Shown here in pieces: positions 1 to 36,585 of a stretch of DNA of 64,000 nucleotides (the stretch's first letter is position 1; each line of letters begins with the position of its first letter). A model generated the notes under the pieces. That model was given only the letters and a program-made list of their open reading frames with translations. It was not told the DNA's origin and did not search any database. Source of the DNA: Tubiluchus corallicola (taxonomy: Eukaryota; Animalia; Priapulida); NCBI GenBank assembly GCA_030141605.1, contig JAQGDQ010000005.1, forward strand, positions 1,364,180 through 1,428,179, given 5' to 3'. Position numbers and translations under genes: made by a program.

Positions 1-17
1 TAGAGACATCAATTTAC

Positions 18-3199
<3,182 letters not shown>

Positions 3200-5310
3200 G
3201 ACAAATTAACACTTTGTTTCAGCAAAATGATAGGATGTCTGTAAATAAAACATTCAAAACACTAAGGTTAACATCATAGATATGAACTGTAACAGTTTTA
3301 ATTCAGCCCTTATTATGGTTATATCGAAATAAAATTGAATAGCTATATAAGATTTTTTATTTATACCACTTTCTGAAATAGTTCATCTCAATTATCATAT
3401 ATAAAAATGAACGCGGTTATATAAACATTACTTAAACATAGCTTATAGCTAATAGTAAGTAACAATGGACTCGCAGTTAACCAATGACATGTTATATTTT
3501 GGACCCAGCACAGTATATCTTACAGTTAACAACATCTTTATTTGTATATTTTGCTTGTATGTTTGTGCTTAAACCATTAGTTTTTTACATGTACCATACC
3601 ACTTGTATTTTGCCAACGCATGTACTTTTCACATACTTGAGCAAACAAATTGAAATGAAATTTAATTATATAAAAAACTGTCAGTGTCAACATTTGGTAA
3701 ATATTAAGAGACAAGGGTCATTAATACAAATGCCTTTCGATATATGCTTGTTCAAACTATACATATAATTAGTAACTATAATTTAAAAGCAATACTTTGA
3801 TATGTCAGGGGAAAAATTCCTCCACCTCTTCAACACAAATTTCTGGTTACATGCCACCTGTTGCTGCACCTCACGTGCTTGTACCTTGTTGCTAATCCAA
3901 ATTGTGTGCAAATTTTCAGCGTTGTAGCTTTCTTCTCTAATTCTTTTTATAATCTACTTAAAAATAAAGTAAATGTTTACTTTATTACAATATTAGGTCT
4001 AGTGCTTGGAACTACTTTTTGTCTACATATAAAGAAACTGTTGATCAAATTGTGCCTTTAGGAGGAGCTACAATTAAACAGTGCGAACTTGTATCTTCCA
4101 CTTAACTGGCTAAACGACTCCATGGTTACTAAAGTAAAAAGTCGTAAATGCAAACTATGGGCAAAATGGAAACATTCTAATCTTAATAGCATTCATACTG
4201 TATATATTCATTCCTCGCATGAATTGAAATCAGCTTTATATCCTGGTCACTTACGATTTCAGAACTAATAATCTATATGAGAATCATCTAAGTAATAACG
4301 GTAAAGAGTTTTAGCATTACAGTAAACACTTTCCACATTTGCTTCCTCCTTTATTAATGAACCTGATGATAGACCCTTACCAACTTCCTACTTTTGAAAT
4401 AACAACACACAGGAGAGTGTCAACCATTAGGCTAACTAGACTGAAGCCCAGGGCACCAAATTTGAGGGTGCCAGATTTTTAGGGGCACAGGTTAAAAAAT
4501 GTTTAATGTTATAGTTCTCCTCGGATTATTCGTATCTTGACAAATTGCATGCTGCATGATTAGTTTTGAGCATGATAGGTCACTGCTTAATACAGAAGTT
4601 AACACTAGAATGACTACTAGGTCAGTTGACCAACTTTACGCTTAACTGATTGCGAACTGATAATCCTGCACTTTAAAAACTTGAGTCTGATACTTAGTGA
4701 CTCTGTCCACTTTTTGCCATTTTCACTACAGTACTTACCTCTAGTGTAGAAATGGTTTCTATTTTTAACAATATCAGCAATTGTACACTGATGCTTGTTG
4801 GATCAACCAACCTATTCCCTCAGAAATAAACAATTAAGTTATCACAGTTACTTGAAGCTTATAAAAGTTTATACTGACAGTGTGTTTTTGCTTTCAAGTA
4901 ATACTTTTACGATTAGGAATGTAAACAATTATAAGATCTAATAGATGAGAAAAAATTATGAAATTTGTCTTGTCGTGCAATCTGCTAATTAAGTTTTTGG
5001 TGACTGTACGGATGTTATAAGAGTTAATACTATAGCAGTCTGATAAATTTCATTGCAGACTGGAAAACAATCAATATTAGCGATGCAATATGTTCCTGCA
5101 GGTCTCTTAGATATGTGACTGAATGTGTATATAGACCAGAAAGTTTTTTTTCTTATTTTTCTTAGAGGTTGCCCAAAATTTTGAAAGACGTAGTTATAGT
5201 TATGCATGCAAAATCGCAATGAAAATAACAGTAGTTGTGACACACAACAATCAATTCCTGAGTTCAGTTTTATATAAGCGCTATACAACAAACAAGCATC
5301 AATTCAGTTT

Positions 5311-5674
5311 GGGGCTATCCACCTATAACAATATTAAGTTTAGGGTAGGTAGGTGGCAGAAGATGTGATAATGCCATTATAATGCAAGGTAGGTAGGTGA
5401 TTTAGTCATGATATCGTTATCTGACTTCACGCTTTTTTCAAGTATCCATGCCAGCAGCAGATGATACTTACAAATTTCTCGTTAATTAGCACAAGTGATG
5501 TTGTTGCCTGTCCTTGGGAGCACAAAATGTACAAAAAGCTAATTCGGTGTGATATCGATATCAATATAATGGGTAGGTGGTGGTGAGGCATAAATGATAA
5601 CACCATTATAACGCAAGGTAGGAAGGTCCTCGAAATCGGCCAAAAACTTGGTATTGTTATATGTGAATAGCCCC
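5311..5674. mobile_element. 364-bp MITE, PIF/Harbinger-like
   Basis: 23-bp terminal inverted repeats GGGGCTATCCACCTATAACAATA / TATTGTTATATGTGAATAGCCCC (2 mismatches), flanked by TTT on both sides (possible 3-bp TSD). Internal direct repeat ccattataa(t/c)gcaaggtagg. Confidence 0.75.
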
Positions 5675-6824
5675 TTTGCACAATTATATATTATATATTT
5701 TGCACAATTAATACGTACAAGGTAATACCACGAGCAACCTGCATCTACACAAGCACAGTATAAAAGTATAAGAATTGCACGTACTTAATAATAACCATGT
5801 AGGTACTAGGTAATTATGTCACTATTACATCACAAACAATTGTTAACTGTGTCTCATATATAAACAACCGTAATGGAGATAAGGCGGGACTGATCACTAT
5901 CAGCCTTGGGTGAACTAATATCTTAATACATCCCGATGGTATAGTATTTCTTACTTTGAATTTAGTGAGAGATGTCTATAACAAACTTTCTAGAAGGTTA
6001 AAAGTTTTAAAACTCAATGAGACATACCTCTGATCAAAATATATTATAAGCACACGTTTTTGAAATTGAGCAATAGTGTGACAATTGGTTAGTGTCTCTC
6101 AAATGGAGTAAATGCAATACACTTCGTGTTTGTTCTAATTCTACAACACCTTTTTACCTGAGAGATTGTGTTATTGAAAAAACACAGTTGTACGTAATTT
6201 TGGGAATGTTAATTTCAAATAACCTGTCGTGGAACTCTCATATAGAATTTTTATATAGTGCATTGTAATGTTAAAATGCTACACTTCATCATGTAGTACA
6301 CAATTTTTTCTCTCTGTGCAAAGCAATGATTAGACTAACACTAGAGTACGCGTATGTCGTTTTGGTAACCTTAATATGTTGCTCTAAAATGCTTTAAATT
6401 GAACTCAATTGAGATGTATTAGTCTGGCCATTAATAATTAGCCAGACTCTGTATCTTTTCTTGAACAACGTCGTGATACTGTGGATGTTATTAACTGTTG
6501 TCAGATTGCAATTCCATTTTACGCAGTCTTTCTAGTGACAAATTCTTTTCTAGACCTCCAAGTGATTTACGCAGGCACAACTCTAAAAAAACTAAATTTA
6601 CTTGTACATTGGCTCTCGCACTAATAATATCAGAGCCCACTTTTTTCGTGTCGTGGGCCCTTGGAATTCACTCAATAATGAAACCGTTGAAGCATCAAAC
6701 TTGCCTCAATTTTGTAAATCAAACCGTCAAAAACCGTAATAAGTTTCTCTAGCTATACAACAAAATCTTATTGTTTTCTTCGTCAATGTGAAAGATCTTT
6801 CACGAGTTTGCAATGTAGTTTTTA

Positions 6825-6904
6825 AAACCTTCGCGAGAGTGCAGCAAATACTTCCGGATCGAGTTCCGTTGTTTTTGTTGGAATCTGACTAGTTCTGTTT
6901 TCAA
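6825..6904. promoter_or_regulatory. Housekeeping-type, possibly bidirectional, promoter for TMEM203/HAP40 and perhaps NDOR1
   Basis: TTCGCGAGA at 6830-6838 (near the TCTCGCGAGA motif) and ETS-type ACTTCCGG at 6850-6857, with local CpG enrichment, about 110 nt upstream of the TMEM203 ATG. Confidence 0.55.
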
Positions 6905-6962
6905 GTAAATGCAACAGCTTATTGGGTTGCTCCAACGAAATGCCGATCACGACGAGTTCGAC

Positions 6963-7364
6963 ATGTTCTTTAGTTTAACAGAAATTATCAAGTGGCTTGG
7001 TCTAACAACTTTTGAAATATTTTTACATATTGTGTCAATAGAGATATTTTCTGTTTTCGCTGTACTTAAGCATGAAGGTTTCATAGCATGGAATTGGTGG
7101 GTGGTATTTTCCCCACTTTTTATCTGTGATGGTGTTGCATGCTACTTTGCATTCATTGTATTTATTCGTATGTACCTAGAGCGAAACATTCGGAGCGCAG
7201 CCTTCAGGACTTTGTGGAGTCTTACGTTTATAATCCTTTTGTTTGTTTTCAAATTATTACTTTGTCAAAAACTGGAACGCCAAGTAGAGCTGACGTATGC
7301 AGTAGTGTTGTCACCACTTTACATTTTATTGAACATTATTATGATGCGTGCTTGCCAGAAATAG
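6963..7364 (+). CDS. TMEM203: Transmembrane protein 203, single exon, 133 aa; in-frame upstream ATG at 6909
   Basis: MFFSLTEIIKWLGLTTFEIFLH...WWVVFSPLFICDG...YFAFIVFIR...LLCQKL...SPLYILL..MMRAC matches the recalled TMEM203 sequence (MLFSLRELVQWLGFATFEIFVH...LLCQKL...MIRAC) end to end. Confidence 0.93.
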   Translation: MFFSLTEIIKWLGLTTFEIFLHIVSIEIFSVFAVLKHEGFIAWNWWVVFSPLFICDGVACYFAFIVFIRMYLERNIRSAAFRTLWSLTFIILLFVFKLLLCQKLERQVELTYAVVLSPLYILLNIIMMRACQK

Positions 7365-7498
7365 TAATGCCATAATGAGAGATGCTAAAGCTTGTATAGA
7401 TTTTGTGCAATCGAGCATTTAAGAATCACCATTGTTAATTATTGTATTGTGCACGTAGACCACATAGAACTGATTTGTTGACAGTGACACTAAAAGAA

Positions 7499-8449
7499 AT
7501 GGAGGGTCAGAGTGGCCAATCAGACTTTCTAAGTACCTATAAAACAATATCCGGCAAGTTAAAAAAGCGTTTTTTACGAAAACCAAACATAGCCGAAGCA
7601 AGTGATGAGTTTAGGCAGTTAGTAAAGCGACAAGAGCAAGACTATCCTCATTATGCTGCCTACTCCTGCTTAGCAATGGCGCGCTGTGAACACACATTGG
7701 GCAATCCTCAGGGTGAAGTACAAGCACTTACATATGCTGCGAGATCATTTTTGAAAGCTGAAAATAATAACAAGACTATGATGAATCCTGGAGTAGAAGA
7801 AAATCTGATGGCAGCTATAAACTGTTACAGTCATGCAATAAGAGTTCACACGGAACAGAAACAACTTCCTTTGGCAGCTGCACTGTGTAGAGAACTGGGA
7901 AATGCACTTCATAACTTGGGAAAACACCAGGAAGCAATCAGTCCTTATCAGAAAGCTGCAGAATTGCAAAAGCAGTGCCCACTCGACTGCTTGACCTCAC
8001 TTGGATTAATGGCAAATTGTCAAATTAGTGTTAAAGATTATGATGGTGCCCTGGCTGTCATGACAGAAATGACACAGATAGTGAAAGACAGAGGTGGCGG
8101 ACCAAATGGAAAGCCAATTGGAGCATACGCGGATATTATGGCTGAATGTGAAATTACTAGAATTTTGCTGCTGATGCTGTTGCAGCCAACTCCACAAAGA
8201 ACACAGCCTTTGCATGCTCAGTTGCTGGAGAAATATGCTTGGGATAACATGGAAGATGCTGCACCTTCATTTCTAGATGAGAATTTGTTTCTTCTGCTTC
8301 AATCATTAGTGATGGCAGTACAAAGTCGTGACATTGTATCACTAAAATTGTTGCAAAGCGATCTGCAGTACTATTTGTCTGTTGTTCAAAATGAGCTGCT
8401 ATATAAACTGGTATGTGAGATGACTAGTCCAAGTCGAGAAGTCATTTAA
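7499..8449 (+). CDS. F8A1: Huntingtin-associated protein 40 (HAP40, factor VIII intron 22 protein), intronless CDS, 316 aa
   Basis: Diagnostic N-terminus DFLSTYKTISGKLKKRFLRKPNIAEA, then YAAYSCLAMARCE, TPR/SNAP-like helices and C-terminal LFLLLQSLVMA. First ATG is at 7499; the track ORF begins at a TTG. Confidence 0.93.
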   Translation: MEGQSGQSDFLSTYKTISGKLKKRFLRKPNIAEASDEFRQLVKRQEQDYPHYAAYSCLAMARCEHTLGNPQGEVQALTYAARSFLKAENNNKTMMNPGVEENLMAAINCYSHAIRVHTEQKQLPLAAALCRELGNALHNLGKHQEAISPYQKAAELQKQCPLDCLTSLGLMANCQISVKDYDGALAVMTEMTQIVKDRGGGPNGKPIGAYADIMAECEITRILLLMLLQPTPQRTQPLHAQLLEKYAWDNMEDAAPSFLDENLFLLLQSLVMAVQSRDIVSLKLLQSDLQYYLSVVQNELLYKLVCEMTSPSREVI

Positions 8450-10323
8450 AAAACACATAAATAGTGTACATGTACATAGTGAGATCAAATATTGGAGCAA
8501 GTATTTTAAGGTCATTGTGTTTAAACAGATGCATAAAATATTGGTGTACATACATCTCTGGCTCGGCTATTATAATATTAACAGTGAGACTATTGTGGAA
8601 ATTTCTATTGTTCCTATTTAAAATTAATTTTTAAGTTATTGAATAATTATTGTAATTTAGTTACCAAGAAAGGATATAAAATCATCTAGTATTGAAATTG
8701 TTTTCTCCGAGCCCACTGGGCCTGTGGAAGTTAATGAGGAATTGTATTAACTGACGTGGAAAGTTTTCGCAAACAAAATGTGATTCATTAATGAAATTTC
8801 TGCTTTCTTTTTCTGCCTGTTCCTAGTTTTCAATATGATTACATACACAGTACATGGTATGAGTAAGGTGAGGCTTAGCTGGTGTATTATGCAGATGTTG
8901 TGCATATCTTTGTACAAAAACTTTGACATGGGTCCTTGAAAACCCAAAATCCCAGCAAACCAGGCAGTGTATGTGATTGCTGTCTACTGATTCATTGGGT
9001 TTTGTGATATATCAAATAAAATTTTGTCTAAAGGCAAGTCTAAAACTGTTACAGCTGAATTGAATTAAAGGTCATTTCAAGGTCATAATACTTGTCAAAA
9101 CCACACATGAACTGTAGGCATAAAATTTGGTTGACTGTGTGCCGAACTCGAGATTAAAGCTTACTTTTAGCTGTTTTTCATAGTATATCAATGTGCTACT
9201 CCTGCCAAACAGTTTGTGTTATGTTTGTAAGTAGCTAAAATTTCTCATAAAGTATGGTGTCCTATGAGATGCCAAATACGATAATATCCTTCTTGCCTTA
9301 AAATCTCTCATACAAGGTAGCATTTAAAATTAACTGACTGATAACCAAATTTCTGGCCAACTTTGTCACTAATGGCTGAAGAAATCATTTGTGCAGGCTG
9401 CAAAGCTGATCTTGTAATAAAGAGACAAAACATCCATAATACTAAGTTATCTATATCAAGAAGTTTATTAAAAATTTTATAAATTATAGTTATACTGAAT
9501 TTTAAATGTAATAAAATGTCTGAAATAGTACGAACATTTACTGAAAGCTATTATAACAAATAAATTGTAGACATCTATATTTATTCTTATTTTGAATAAA
9601 TGGGTCAAACGTGTGCAAAATTAAACATAGATAACTACTATTAGAACTTATATGCAGTTTGGAAGTACGGTGTCATTGAGCACATCTACTGGTCGCTTGA
9701 GTTTTCAATGTATTTTGATGATTTTGTTGGGTACTATATGCCTAGTAATTTTAAGATGCAAATCACTGTACATTCGCTAAGATATGCAAACAAGTTTTAT
9801 ATTTATTCCATGGATCATTAGCAAGTGGAAACAATTCACTCATGCTCAAGACAGTTTCTAGATTCTTAAGCATTGCCAAGAACCATGATGACCTATCAAT
9901 TAATAAACCAGTCTAACTTAAACAATTTCTAAATACGCTGTCATAATTGACGAAAACCAAGAACAGATTTACAATATTAAACTATTGCTACAGTTAGCAA
10001 AAAATCTGAAAAATTACCTAACTCTGCTAAAACTTTAATTCAGTCAAACCATCAAATATAGTACCTATCACGTGTATAGGAATACAAAAATACTGAACAT
10101 GGCTTCTCATAAGAGATACAAACTTAACAATACCAACAAAATACATAAATTAACTGAGCTGGTATAAAATGAAATATGACATATATTATAAAAGAGTCTA
10201 AAAGAGCTTAAAAAATTATTACTATCACAAACTTTAGTTACACAAAAGGTATTAAATACAATTTTGCTTCAAAATGCTGGAGTCCAAAAGTATCGATGCT
10301 CCAACAGTGAATCAAAAGATGAA

Positions 10324-31549
<21,226 letters not shown>

Positions 31550-31899
31550 TATTCCTATTAATGACTGAAGCGATTAATCAACAATAACAGAGTTCGTAAG
31601 CAGGTGAAAAAAGTGACAGTGCACCTGTTCAATTCAAATGACTACCTAATACGGAGAAGTCAGTTCACAATTCAAGTGATGTGTGTAGCCGCAAGTGTTC
31701 CAATCATATTATACAGTTACACTGCTCTGAGAGGTCAATGTTGTTTATTTGGATGAAACTTTATCCACGATACACATCTAACAACATAAGCGTGCAACTG
31801 CAATATTATCGATAATAGAGCGTGCTATGCCTATACCGTAGCTAGGGCATGTGCCACTGTGTTTCACTTGACGCTCGCCTGTAGGAGCCACAAATCAAT

Positions 31900-32240
31900 C
31901 ATGTATGCGCTGCTGATTCATGTTGTTATGCTGATTCATCCGAACAGGTAGCGCCACTTTGCAAATGAGCAAAGCAAAATTTAAGCTGGATATTATCAGA
32001 TATCAAGCTGGGTTAGCTGTGATCAACCGCATGTGCTACCGATTCATGTTATTATGCTGCTTCATCCCAGTTCATTCTCATAGATAGCGCCACCATGCAG
32101 GAGCAAGATTCTGTTGAAAGTTATACCAGATGCGAAACTGGCAATGTGGCTTTATAACACCATATATGTGCTACTGATCCATGCTATTATGCTGATTCAG
32201 CAGCAAAAGTAGCGCCACCATGCAAAAGAACAAGAGCAAG
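31900..32240. repeat. Three diverged tandem copies of a ~130-bp unit upstream of the BAIAP2-like ATG
   Basis: Each copy contains gatYcatgYtRttatgctg and tagcgccacYWtgca (the latter at 31949, 32085, 32210). Confidence 0.8.
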
Positions 32241-35090
32241 TTGAATCAGACGTACGCTGCTAGCATGTGACTTTATATATGAAGTAAAATGAATGAATAT
32301 GGGGTGAAGGTCAAAAGACCACAAGACAAAGGATCACTGTTCAAATATTCACCTGAAAAAGAGGTCAAAGGACCACCAAAAAATGGCAGACCATGCAAAT
32401 GCCAATCAAAAAACTATTTGAGATACATTTTGCTTTGTGTTAAGATAATATTTGCAGAGGCTAAACTGTAAAGTTCTGCATTATTTACTTGAGTACCTTC
32501 TACTTACTAGGCCAAAAGTACTGCTTTATGCATTAAATAAATATAAAAAATAAAATAAAAATTAAGAAATTAAATATAAATTCAAAAAAAATTAAAATGC
32601 AGAAATAATATTTAAATTTAACTTCATTAAGTTTAACAAAATACTTAGATTTAATAGATTATATTTACGAATATACTATTATCAATTATGGTTATACTTT
32701 CTAACAAAAACACCTAATTTTGTTAAGTATGAAATTCAACCTGCTTGTCTTTGCTAATTAACATTACGAAAAAAGCAGCAGTCCATAGGAACAACAGTAT
32801 TACAGCAAGAGGAAAAAACACACAGCAGAATTTGTTTTTTACAAAAGTGGCACACCTGCATGAAATTTTGATTGTCATGATGTAGCTGCAATGATTCCAT
32901 TATTTTAGATCTTACCACTGACAGACAATAATTAAGATCAGACAGGAGTAACACATTTCACGCCTTCATTGACGATGGCAAACATTAAAACAATACCCAA
33001 AGGAAACGAATGACTTGTGATTGTCTTCTTTTTACACTTCCGAAATGGGACGTTAATCATGTAAATATTCACTTGAAAGTAAAGTAAATAAATATCAAAC
33101 CTATGAAAAACCAGCGTCGACAATTAGGCGAGCACCATCTATACTACAAAATGACGTTTTCATATTAAAAATTCCCCAAAAAAGCTTACCTTGAGCTATC
33201 CTCAAGCTTACTTAACGAAAACAGCTTTAATGTTTTTAACATATCCAATTATCGCCTAAAGTCACCTACTGATGCTTTCCTTTTTTTGAATGAGGAGGGG
33301 CCGAAGGTGAAAAACTTCTATTTTTTGAAGCTTTTGATCTTTAGTTTGAGAGAAGGTTAACACATCTGGGGGGGGGGGGTATTGCTCTGATAGTCCATTT
33401 GATGACAGGCATTGCTGGCTTATTTGGATTGCATGGGAGACCCATGGGCCATGGCTTCGAGTAAATGCCGCTTTCTTTAAACCACATACCCATTTTTTAA
33501 AGTAGCCAAGTTCCATGTACAAAAATTGTTTACGGAAAGTATTATTAGAATCTTGCAAAGATTCTGTAACTGTTTGGAAAGGGAATGCAATGGGCTTCAT
33601 CTGACTTAATGAAAACCATTAAGTTTTCCATCTCATTTCAGGAGCTTTTTCATAGGAAAACAGCCACTTTATTACGTCATCGATCATAGCCTGCCACTTA
33701 GCTGTTCATTACGTAAGCGCAACCTATTACAATCATTAATGGGGTACAGACCAGTAAATAACACTCTACAATCTACATGTACTTTTTCACAGCCTTTGAT
33801 GTTTCTTGACATTGAAACACTTACAAGAAATATCCAAATATTACATCAAGTTCACTTAGTTAAGACAGAAAAAACCTTTACATACATAAAGCTAAAAAAG
33901 TCCTTTTGAAATTTTGTATCACCTTATTACTGCCTTATGGCATACAGAATTTGTGTTAGCAACAACACTGTATAAAACTTAAAAATTTAGCTTTCCGCAG
34001 TGACTGTTGGGCATAACTCTTTTGGTAGTAAGTGGTTTGAAATAAGTTTAGATAACATTGTGTAAAGTTTGAAAAAATACTCAGATCATTCGTAGAACAC
34101 ACTTCACTAAGCAAAAGTACAAATTACTGAATCTTGTCAATAAGTTTAAAAATACATTTTTAAGTGAGTCAGGGTGTACACTGGGAAGGTGAGTCTGTGA
34201 CATTTTACCAGTTGGCACAAGCACTTTAAATTACTAAGAATTCTTTTCTAATTGCGTAAGTCTTTCAAGCAGGTAAGCGTAACGCTAAGTAATATACTTT
34301 GTGTAGAAAGTTTTTTAGGGGACATACTTTGAAATTGCCCTTTCTTTCTCTTTAATGAAACTTGGCATTCACCGTTTATGAGGTTCAAAAAATGATACCC
34401 TGTTGATGACTATGATGTAACACTGACGACATTAATGATGATGATGACAATGACGCCAATGATGTAAATGCTAATGAAGATGATGACAATTAGGATAATG
34501 CTGATAATGAAGAAGAACAAGCATCCCGATACCTGTTTCAGTACAGGTAAAATTTTCATCGGTGCCCTCAGATCCTGAAAAAATCTTAAACACAGCCATT
34601 AGATAACAATCTACAAATGATACTAAAGTGTGCCAAAAGTAATTTTGGTAACAACTTTGGCTGTTCGTGCTGAAATTTAACATGTGTGAATTTATATCCA
34701 CAAGTGTATCAATAACCATTAAGTTCAATGACAAATACGCTTATTTAATTTATTTTTCATAATACAAAATAACAAAAATGCAAAAGTTAATTTAGAAGAG
34801 CAGTTTGAATCGATAACCTTCAACACAAGGAAGTTCTTGGCATACAACAGGGAATGACATGAATCACACAACAGCTAACAATGTTTCACAAACCCCTTAC
34901 ATAATAGAGTAATACGTGTCTCACTTCTACAAACACAGTATAAGTGTTAATTATTAGGCTTAGCCATAAGTACTACTTAAAAAAAGAGCAAGAATGGCTT
35001 AACGACTAGGTGTTACAAAATCATGAGGCTTTAAATGTGCCTTAAATAAATTACTTTTAGAAAAACACAGCTTAATTAGATACTGGATTA

Positions 35091-35576
35091 CAGTGGTGGC
35101 TTGTAGCTAAAATTAGTGGGGGTGCTGCAAAGTTAAAAAAAAATTTTCGCCATTGTTTTAATACTTTGTAAAACGAAACAAACATATGTAATTATAATGG
35201 TGTAATTCTATTTTTAAACAAACAAACAAACAAATTTAAACTTAATCTTGATAAACTCCTACACAAAAAATATTGTTTTCTTACGAACAGCCTAAACTGT
35301 CGCAGTTCAAGAATATGCCCGATAAACAGCTAGTAAACACGAGACAACTGACAACACATACTGCAGTGAGTGACAGTACTCTTTCAACCTAAAGTACAGA
35401 GTCTTATCTCAGACATGTGCTTGGGCTGTGAAGCAAATTTCTCTCCCGTGCTCCGGTTACGCACACGTATAAAGAAAGAACTAAAGAAAAAAGACTTATT
35501 ATATTGAATATTATCGATACTAATGAATGGAAACAGGTGTTGTAGTACCATACTACCTATACATGAGCCCCCACTG
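35091..35576. mobile_element. 486-bp hAT-like MITE
   Basis: Termini CAGTGGTGGCT...AGCCCCCACTG with a perfect 8-bp TSD CTGGATTA (35083-35090 and 35577-35584). Confidence 0.85.
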
Positions 35577-36585
35577 CTGGATTATTAGATTAGATCATAA
35601 AAATATAGGCCTAAGTCTATTCCTGTCTTGACAGTATAAACCTGTTTGGACAAATTCAGACACGAGTACACAAGAAAAAATGATGACAATAACATGCATT
35701 AACAGTTAAAATTGTTTCAACTTTAACTGAGGTCAGGTCTTACGAACAAGTGAGTGCTAGTATGGATTTGTATTGGCTTGGCTATGTTTCAAATTGATTC
35801 TGAGTCTCAGTTGAGAAAAAGCCAGTGCCAGAAGAGCTAGATACGCATTGAGTTTGCAGATAAATGTTCCACTAGAGATTCAAGATTAGGTCATTTTGCA
35901 TGTAACACCAAGACCTTGAGTTTAGCTCAGAAACAATTCTCATAGCTTTGCAAATGCGCTTCATATTCCAGCCAAGTCACATGTAAATTTAAAAATTAAT
36001 GTTTCTGAACACACAATCTCAACTCAGTTAATTCAAGAGAGACGACTTTTGAGTCCATAAATGGTCACAAGTATCATTGAAAACAAAATGATAACAAAGA
36101 ACAACTTTAACCTATTAGGCACAGAATTTGAAAGCAGAAATATATCAGAAAATTGCAGAGAACATCACCACTATTTAATGACGCTAGTATTTAAATCAAC
36201 ATTATCAGGTGAGCAAGATATTAAACAGTTAATTTAAGGCTGCAAAATAAATTGATTTTTATACATTTGACAATTATCAAGCATAATTCACAGTCTAATG
36301 AGTTTGCACAACTCAAACACTGCCAAATGTTATTGTAAATTTTAAAACAAAAAGTTCGATGGTCATAACTCACTACCGCTGCTTATATGATTATAAATTT
36401 CAGTCACATCGAATACTCTATTTCACCAGAGCATTTTTCATCTTGAGCATGCTTCCAAACTAAGGTTTAACTTTTCAACTAACAGCTATCAGCAGGTCTA
36501 ACACTGTTTTTTCCAAAAAGCTGATATTGCCAATTTTTATGATGGTTGCAATTCTGCATACAGACTGCAACACTGACTAGATGTT

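Noticed and set aside
7442-7498. N-terminal extension of HAP40 in the ORF track
   Set aside because: It starts at TTG; family similarity begins after the ATG at 7499, and a splice acceptor lies within the extension.
32186-32206. TATTATGCTGAT resembling the 5' end of miR-1993
   Set aside because: Only the first ~12 nt match from memory, the seed falls in the loop of the local fold, and it is part of a tandem repeat.
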